The translations under genes were made by a program, and so were the position numbers. From an uncultured virus (IMG/VR IMGVR_UViG_3300031720_000001) (taxonomy: Duplodnaviria; Heunggongvirae; Uroviricota; Caudoviricetes): DNA of 30,154 nt. Position 1 is the stretch's first letter; each line of letters begins with the position of its first letter. The notes beneath the pieces were generated by a model. That model was not told where the DNA came from. It ran no database searches and saw nothing but the letters and a program-made list of their open reading frames with translations. The stretch lies in the IMG/VR virus record IMGVR_UViG_3300031720_000001, one strand, 5' to 3'. This document shows, one piece after another, positions 26,132 through 30,154 of this stretch.

Positions 26132-27310
26132 ATGAGCAAGAAACCGAAGAAATCGAACCGCAAGGCGCCCACCGAGCTCCCGATCGAAGCGGACTACGGT
26201 GCCGCGAACATCCTGATCCAACAGGTCGGCCATCACATGGGCGTGGCGATCGAAGAACTCATTACCGGTCGCAATGCGGTCCACTACGGCGCGCTCCTCT
26301 TGCAGGCAATCGATACACTGAAGCGCCGGGACCTCCAGACCAGCGTGAGCGCTGCGCAAGAGGAAGACGCCCAAGCGCCGAGGGGGGTCTCCGATCGCTG
26401 GATGGATCGCGAAATCGACCGGGCCAACGCAGCGGCCAAGTACACGAGAGACCAGGACCCGGTCGTACCCCTTGCGCAAAACCGGTTCCGCGACGACCCG
26501 GGAGACACCCGCTTGCTCATCGACCTCATCGACCGCGAGCTCGGTCTTCCGTTCGATCCCCAGAACCCCCAGAGCCTTCAGGGGCGGCTGCGCGCGATCT
26601 ACGACGTGATCTTCCGCCTCAAGAACCCCTCGGGCGACGTCGCCACGGACGCCGACAGCGGCGCGCTCTCCAAGGGCGACTCGCTGGTCCAGGCGATCGA
26701 TCACAATGCCGCCCAGCGCGACCACCTGGCCACCGAGCTCACCGGGGCGCGTACGCTCATCTCCCGGATCGCTGCAGCGATGCAGATCGGGGCATGGGAC
26801 GCGGACGGCACCCAGTTGCTCGAGAAGGTGCAGCGCTGGGAGACGTTCAAACACCGGCTGGCCTGGCGGATCCGAGACTTGCGTAACGGGACCTCCGAGG
26901 CTCCGCAGAATCTGGCCTCCCTGGTCGCCGGCGAGCTCCAGACACACCTCTCCCGCCTCATGGCGCCCCGGGAGTTCGCGAAGTGGCTCGAGGGCAAGCC
27001 CCCGGGCGTGGTCACACCGGCGGTCGCCGAGCTCGCCGCCGAGCCCGCGCCCAAACAGGAACAGGAGATGATGAGCTCGGGCGATATCATCCGACTCGCG
27101 CGACTCATCCACAGGAACTTTGAACTGTCTCTCGAGGATCCCCTGGGGGATTACCTCGACAAGGTGTTCACCGCGTTATCGAAGTCGGTCGTCGCCAGCC
27201 AGGAGTTCCTAAACCTCATGAACCTGGTCATCCTGCCGCTCTTGGCCCGGCAAGCCGCGGCACAGGGCACGGGCACGGATGCCCGGTCTGCGCCCCACGT
27301 AGATCCGTGA
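26132..27310 (+). CDS. Hypothetical helical protein (392 aa)
   Basis: GGGAGA RBS; long GC3-rich ORF. Confidence 0.75.
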   Translation: MSKKPKKSNRKAPTELPIEADYGAANILIQQVGHHMGVAIEELITGRNAVHYGALLLQAIDTLKRRDLQTSVSAAQEEDAQAPRGVSDRWMDREIDRANAAAKYTRDQDPVVPLAQNRFRDDPGDTRLLIDLIDRELGLPFDPQNPQSLQGRLRAIYDVIFRLKNPSGDVATDADSGALSKGDSLVQAIDHNAAQRDHLATELTGARTLISRIAAAMQIGAWDADGTQLLEKVQRWETFKHRLAWRIRDLRNGTSEAPQNLASLVAGELQTHLSRLMAPREFAKWLEGKPPGVVTPAVAELAAEPAPKQEQEMMSSGDIIRLARLIHRNFELSLEDPLGDYLDKVFTALSKSVVASQEFLNLMNLVILPLLARQAAAQGTGTDARSAPHVDP

Positions 27311-27327
27311 TCTTGCCACTGGCAAGA
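27311..27327. promoter_or_regulatory. Palindrome TCTTGCCA-C-TGGCAAGA (intergenic copy of a 5-copy motif)
   Basis: Core TTGCCASTGGCAA also starts at 3518, 9237, 14429, 18366. Confidence 0.7.
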
Positions 27328-27383
27328 AGTCCCTTGACGCCTCGCCTCGGCGTATGCAAGGTGACTCTCAGGGAGTACCCGAG

Positions 27384-27782
27384 ATGATGCCATCCGCTGC
27401 ATGGAAGAGAGACTGCCCGGGCCTGCGCGCCCTGGCGCGTGACGTCGCCGATCGATCGCTGGACGCAAGCGAGCGGCTGTCCGCGCACGTGACGGCCCAG
27501 GCGCTGTTTGGCGCAGTTGGGCTCGCCGCGGCGCGCCACGGCGTGGATGCGATGCAGCGTGCGTGCGCCGACCTGGTTCGCTGTGAATCGGCATGGACGA
27601 CGAAGTTTGGCAACCTCCCCCGAGATCACGCCGGACAGGTGTCCGAGCCGATGGCGCTCATCGCCAGCATGGCGAGGGGTCTTTTGCCCCTGGCCGGGGT
27701 GGACCGGCTGCGCGCGGCGCTGGCGTTCTGGGCAGTCGAGGATGACCCGGCGGTGTGGCGCCGGATGGTCCCCAACGACTAA
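27384..27782 (+). CDS. Hypothetical protein
   Basis: GGGAG RBS before MMPSAAW... Confidence 0.65.
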   Translation: MMPSAAWKRDCPGLRALARDVADRSLDASERLSAHVTAQALFGAVGLAAARHGVDAMQRACADLVRCESAWTTKFGNLPRDHAGQVSEPMALIASMARGLLPLAGVDRLRAALAFWAVEDDPAVWRRMVPND

Positions 27783-27783
27783 C

Positions 27784-28017
27784 TCACCTGCGCCAGCTGC
27801 GAGCTCCGCATCGTCGGGTCGCGGCCACGGCCTGGACGACCGCACGTTCCCGCGTGCGGCGCGCGGCGACCGACCGGACGATCTCCATCATCACCGGACC
27901 GGTGGTCCAGGCGATGGCGCCGCGGACCCCGGCATCGTCGACGTGGCCATGCAGCACAAAGAACGTGCCCGCGACCACGCACATGTTCATGACCGGGCGG
28001 ATGAACAGGCCGATCAT
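27784..28017 (-). CDS. Small membrane protein
   Basis: MIGLFIRPVMNMCVVAGTFFVL...; ATGA-coupled to the 28014-28133 ORF. Confidence 0.55.
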   Translation of the reverse strand: MIGLFIRPVMNMCVVAGTFFVLHGHVDDAGVRGAIAWTTGPVMMEIVRSVAARRTRERAVVQAVAATRRCGARSWRR

Positions 28018-28133
28018 TGCCTGCCGAATCGCTTCTGGCAGTAGGCCGACCACCAGGTCGCCGCCACCACCACTCCGACGAACAGCGCGACGATCCCGAC
28101 CATGGTCAGATCCACGGACATTCCTGCGAGCAT
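28014..28133 (-). CDS. 39-aa single-TM peptide (absent from ORF track)
   Basis: MLAGMSVDLTMVGIVALFVGVVVAATWWSAYCQKRFGRQ; AAGGGG RBS. Confidence 0.5.
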   Translation of the reverse strand: MLAGMSVDLTMVGIVALFVGVVVAATWWSAYCQKRFGRQ

Positions 28134-28215
28134 CGGACACCCCCTTAGGGAGATCCCTTGATGACAGGTTATGCGGGTCGCATGGGGTACGACCGAGGTA
28201 CCCGGATGACTACCG

Positions 28216-29214
28216 TCACTCGTGGAACCGGATGTCGAGCTCTTGCGCCGGGGAGTCGGCCGTCAGGCTGGTGTTGTAGACCGTCACCAGGAAGTCGGCG
28301 TTGGTGGTGCCGGTCTTGACCACCGCGATCGGGATGGCCTGGGTGGTGGCGGCGGCGTTGCGGAAGGTCGACTGCACCGAGTCCTGCAGGCTGACCGGCG
28401 ATCCCAGGTAGGCGAACACCCGGGGCTTGAACGGCGCGGGCAACGTGACCGGGGTGCCGACCTCGAGCGGTACGGTGATCGCGTCCGCGATCAGGGTCGT
28501 GGTCGTCGAGAACCCCAGCACGCGACCGGTCAGGGCCCCGACGTCGTCGATCGAGAACGTCGAACCCGCGGTGGGCATGAACGTCCCGACGGCCACGTTC
28601 GCGGTGTCGATGGTGACGTTGCCACCCACCACCCAGAACACGTTGGCGGGATCCGCGCCGTTGGTGCAGTTGATGGTGGCGCCAGCGCCGGTGGTGAGCG
28701 CGCCGGAGATCCGGAACACGAACAGCCCGGGCCCGGACAGGTGAATCGTGCTGGCGGCGCTCGTCGTCGCCGCGCCGGTCACGACGTACACGCCGGCGGT
28801 GTATGTGCCCACGGTCCCGTGGGTGGCGTCGGTGGAGAGGTTGATGGCGCCGGGGGCGAATGAAAACGTGGCTGGCAGCGCCTGGAGCGCGGTGCGCGCG
28901 GTCGCCATGTCGGCCAGCGCCTGGGTGTACGTCGCGTCGTTGACGTGGATCGTGCCCGACACGGTGGGCTGCTCGACCGGCGCTGTCACGTAGCCCAGGT
29001 TGCCCGTGATGCGGGACCCCGGGACCGTGTTGACGTAGATCGGGCTCAGAACCCCGAACCGCTGCGCGGCGCCCAGATTGGGCGCCACGGGGGGCGTGGC
29101 CACAAAGCCCGGCAGCGCGAACGCGCCCGCGGACCCGGCCGGGATCGAGACCCCGGTCACCCGGATCAGCCGATCAGACACCTGCTTGACGACCGCGGTA
29201 CCCTCGAATGGCAT
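28216..29214 (-). CDS. Structural-type protein containing an ice-binding-like (DUF3494) domain
   Basis: NLGAAQRFGVL, ITGNLG, GTIHVND...QALAD, GVY, FVFRISGALTT, NGADPANVFWVVG, GRVL; C-terminal ~80 aa paralogous to the 29918 gene. Confidence 0.85.
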   Translation of the reverse strand: MPFEGTAVVKQVSDRLIRVTGVSIPAGSAGAFALPGFVATPPVAPNLGAAQRFGVLSPIYVNTVPGSRITGNLGYVTAPVEQPTVSGTIHVNDATYTQALADMATARTALQALPATFSFAPGAINLSTDATHGTVGTYTAGVYVVTGAATTSAASTIHLSGPGLFVFRISGALTTGAGATINCTNGADPANVFWVVGGNVTIDTANVAVGTFMPTAGSTFSIDDVGALTGRVLGFSTTTTLIADAITVPLEVGTPVTLPAPFKPRVFAYLGSPVSLQDSVQSTFRNAAATTQAIPIAVVKTGTTNADFLVTVYNTSLTADSPAQELDIRFHE

Positions 29215-29537
29215 GCCAGGAACGATACACCGCTGGCTAGCTGGGCAGAAATGCCACGTGCTGCCCAAAGAAACCATGTCCTCCCCGCTCCGTGCGTCGA
29301 TGACCTTCATGGGAGGTAAAAACCCCCTCTTACCGCCCGGACAAACAAGCTGGACCGAACTTGCGGGACGTTCCTTCTTGTGCCGGGAATCACGGTCTCC
29401 AAGGGCGCTTTGCTCGGTGGTTCCTGCCGTTCCTTCATCGGCAGGCCGGCTTGTCGCCGAGGGGCTTGGACGTTGCCCTTATTTGGGCGAAGAGGTTGGC
29501 ACGCTCGAGTGCGGGGAGCAGCGAGGGGATGGTCGCC

Positions 29538-29583
29538 AGACCAGTATAGGGATCGAACCTATGCTCCCTGATGTTCAGTCAGG
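29538..29583 (-). ncRNA. tRNA-like 3' half (GAA anticodon arm + T arm); no canonical 5' half
   Basis: CCTGA-CTGAACA-TCAGG, GAGC, ATAGG-TTCGATC-CCTAT, ACTGGTC-T. Confidence 0.55.
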
Positions 29584-29634
29584 ATTGCGTGTGGGCTCCC
29601 CGCGATGGAGCGTGACGGGAGGAGGCTAGCACAC

Positions 29635-29929
29635 CTACTCGTGGAAAGGGCAGGATTTGGCTTCTCGTGGGCGGTTGTACCCACAAAGGAGACGTCCTAT
29701 GAAGCGAGTCACTCGGAAGCGACTGAGCCTGAAGGGAGAGACCTTGCGTGAGCTAACAGCCAAGGCGCTCAGGGTCGCCGTTGGCGGCCTCCCGACCGAA
29801 GACAGCAATATCGGTGAGTTCTGCGCCACCACGGCGACCTACCCGTCCTGCCAGAACACGGTGTGTATCAACGATCCCAGGAACACCTGCGGTATCAACG
29901 ACCGCTGCTGATCGCTGCTACTCGTGGAA
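29635..29929. repeat. 12-bp direct repeat CTACTCGTGGAA (29635-29646, 29918-29929) flanking the RiPP precursor
   Basis: Exact match; equals the last four codons (FHE-stop) of the minus-strand gene ending at 29918. Confidence 0.85.
29699..29911 (+). CDS. RiPP (lanthipeptide-like) precursor peptide with double-glycine leader
   Basis: AAAGGAGA RBS; leader KRLSLKGETLRELT...VAVGG; core LPTEDSNIGEFCATTATYPSCQNTVCINDPRNTCGINDRC (5 Cys, 6 Thr, 2 Ser). Confidence 0.8.
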   Translation: MKRVTRKRLSLKGETLRELTAKALRVAVGGLPTEDSNIGEFCATTATYPSCQNTVCINDPRNTCGINDRC

Positions 29930-30154
29930 CCGGGCCATGATCTCGAGGTTCGGGGTGGCCAGCGTCGCGTGGGTGTTCGTGATCGTCGCCCGGAAGTCGG
30001 CGATCGAGGTCCCCGTCTTGACGATCGCGATCGGCACCGCGGTCGCCACCCCGACCGCGGCCGGCGCGGCCGTGACCTCGATCGAGTCCTGGAACGGCAC
30101 GTTGGACCCCAGGAACGCGTAGTGCTCGGTCTTGAACGTCGCCGGCAGCTCGAC
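29918..30154 (-). CDS. Putative structural protein, 5' end beyond window; paralog of the 28216 gene C-terminus
   Basis: VELPATFKTEHYAFLGSNVPFQDS...PIAIVKTGT..ADF...RFHE vs VTLPAPFKPRVFAYLGSPVSLQDS...PIAVVKTGT..ADF...RFHE. Confidence 0.8.
   Translation of the reverse strand, partial: VELPATFKTEHYAFLGSNVPFQDSIEVTAAPAAVGVATAVPIAIVKTGTSIADFRATITNTHATLATPNLEIMARFHE

Noticed and set aside
29215..29310. N-terminal extension MKVIDARSG... of the ice-binding gene
   Set aside because: Composition and codon style differ from the rest and there is no RBS; start at 29214 preferred but not proven.
29470..29537. Theta/HDV ribozyme after the tRNA-like element
   Set aside because: GGCGA/TCGCC could pair, but no consistent P2/P3/L3 arrangement could be built.
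29635..29832. 65-aa minus ORF ending FHE as a third paralog
   Set aside because: Only the last 12 nt match; the rest is antisense to the RiPP precursor. Interpreted as the duplicated junction.
1..30154. Genome-wide TAG recoding
   Set aside because: Recognisable enzymes are uninterrupted by TAG, and several TAG stops (3374, 5662, 14882) end genes at sensible positions.

Overview
GC-rich, gene-dense segment of a large tailed phage or prophage. Most ORFs are short, translationally coupled (ATGA/GTGA overlaps) and on the + strand, interrupted by minus-strand islands of structural-type genes. No integrase, terminase, capsid, rRNA or CRISPR array is recognisable here. Recognisable genes: a 5'-truncated 37-aa-repeat tail-fibre-like protein, GT4 glycosyltransferase plus a GT-like partner, kinase-fold protein, nucleotidyltransferase, CMP/dCMP-deaminase-like, zf-HC2 anti-sigma-like, ASCH, DUF1643, N4/N6 DNA methyltransferase, a frameshifted TGT/DpdA-like gene next to queD, a Mom/GNAT-like protein, a radical SAM enzyme, a beta-clamp-like protein, a stand-alone type IV pilin, a DUF3494 ice-binding domain inside a structural-type paralog, and an orphan Cys/Thr-rich double-glycine RiPP precursor flanked by a 12-bp direct repeat. 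The pilin, RiPP leader and anti-sigma styles suggest a Myxococcota-like host (inference). Non-coding signals read directly from the DNA: palindrome TTGCCASTGGCAA five times, start-associated 13-mer GAGATTCGAGATG three times, a 23-bp repeat bracketing one gene, a 28-bp inverted repeat, and a tRNA-Phe-like 3' half. All family calls come from motif recognition by eye; no database searches were run.
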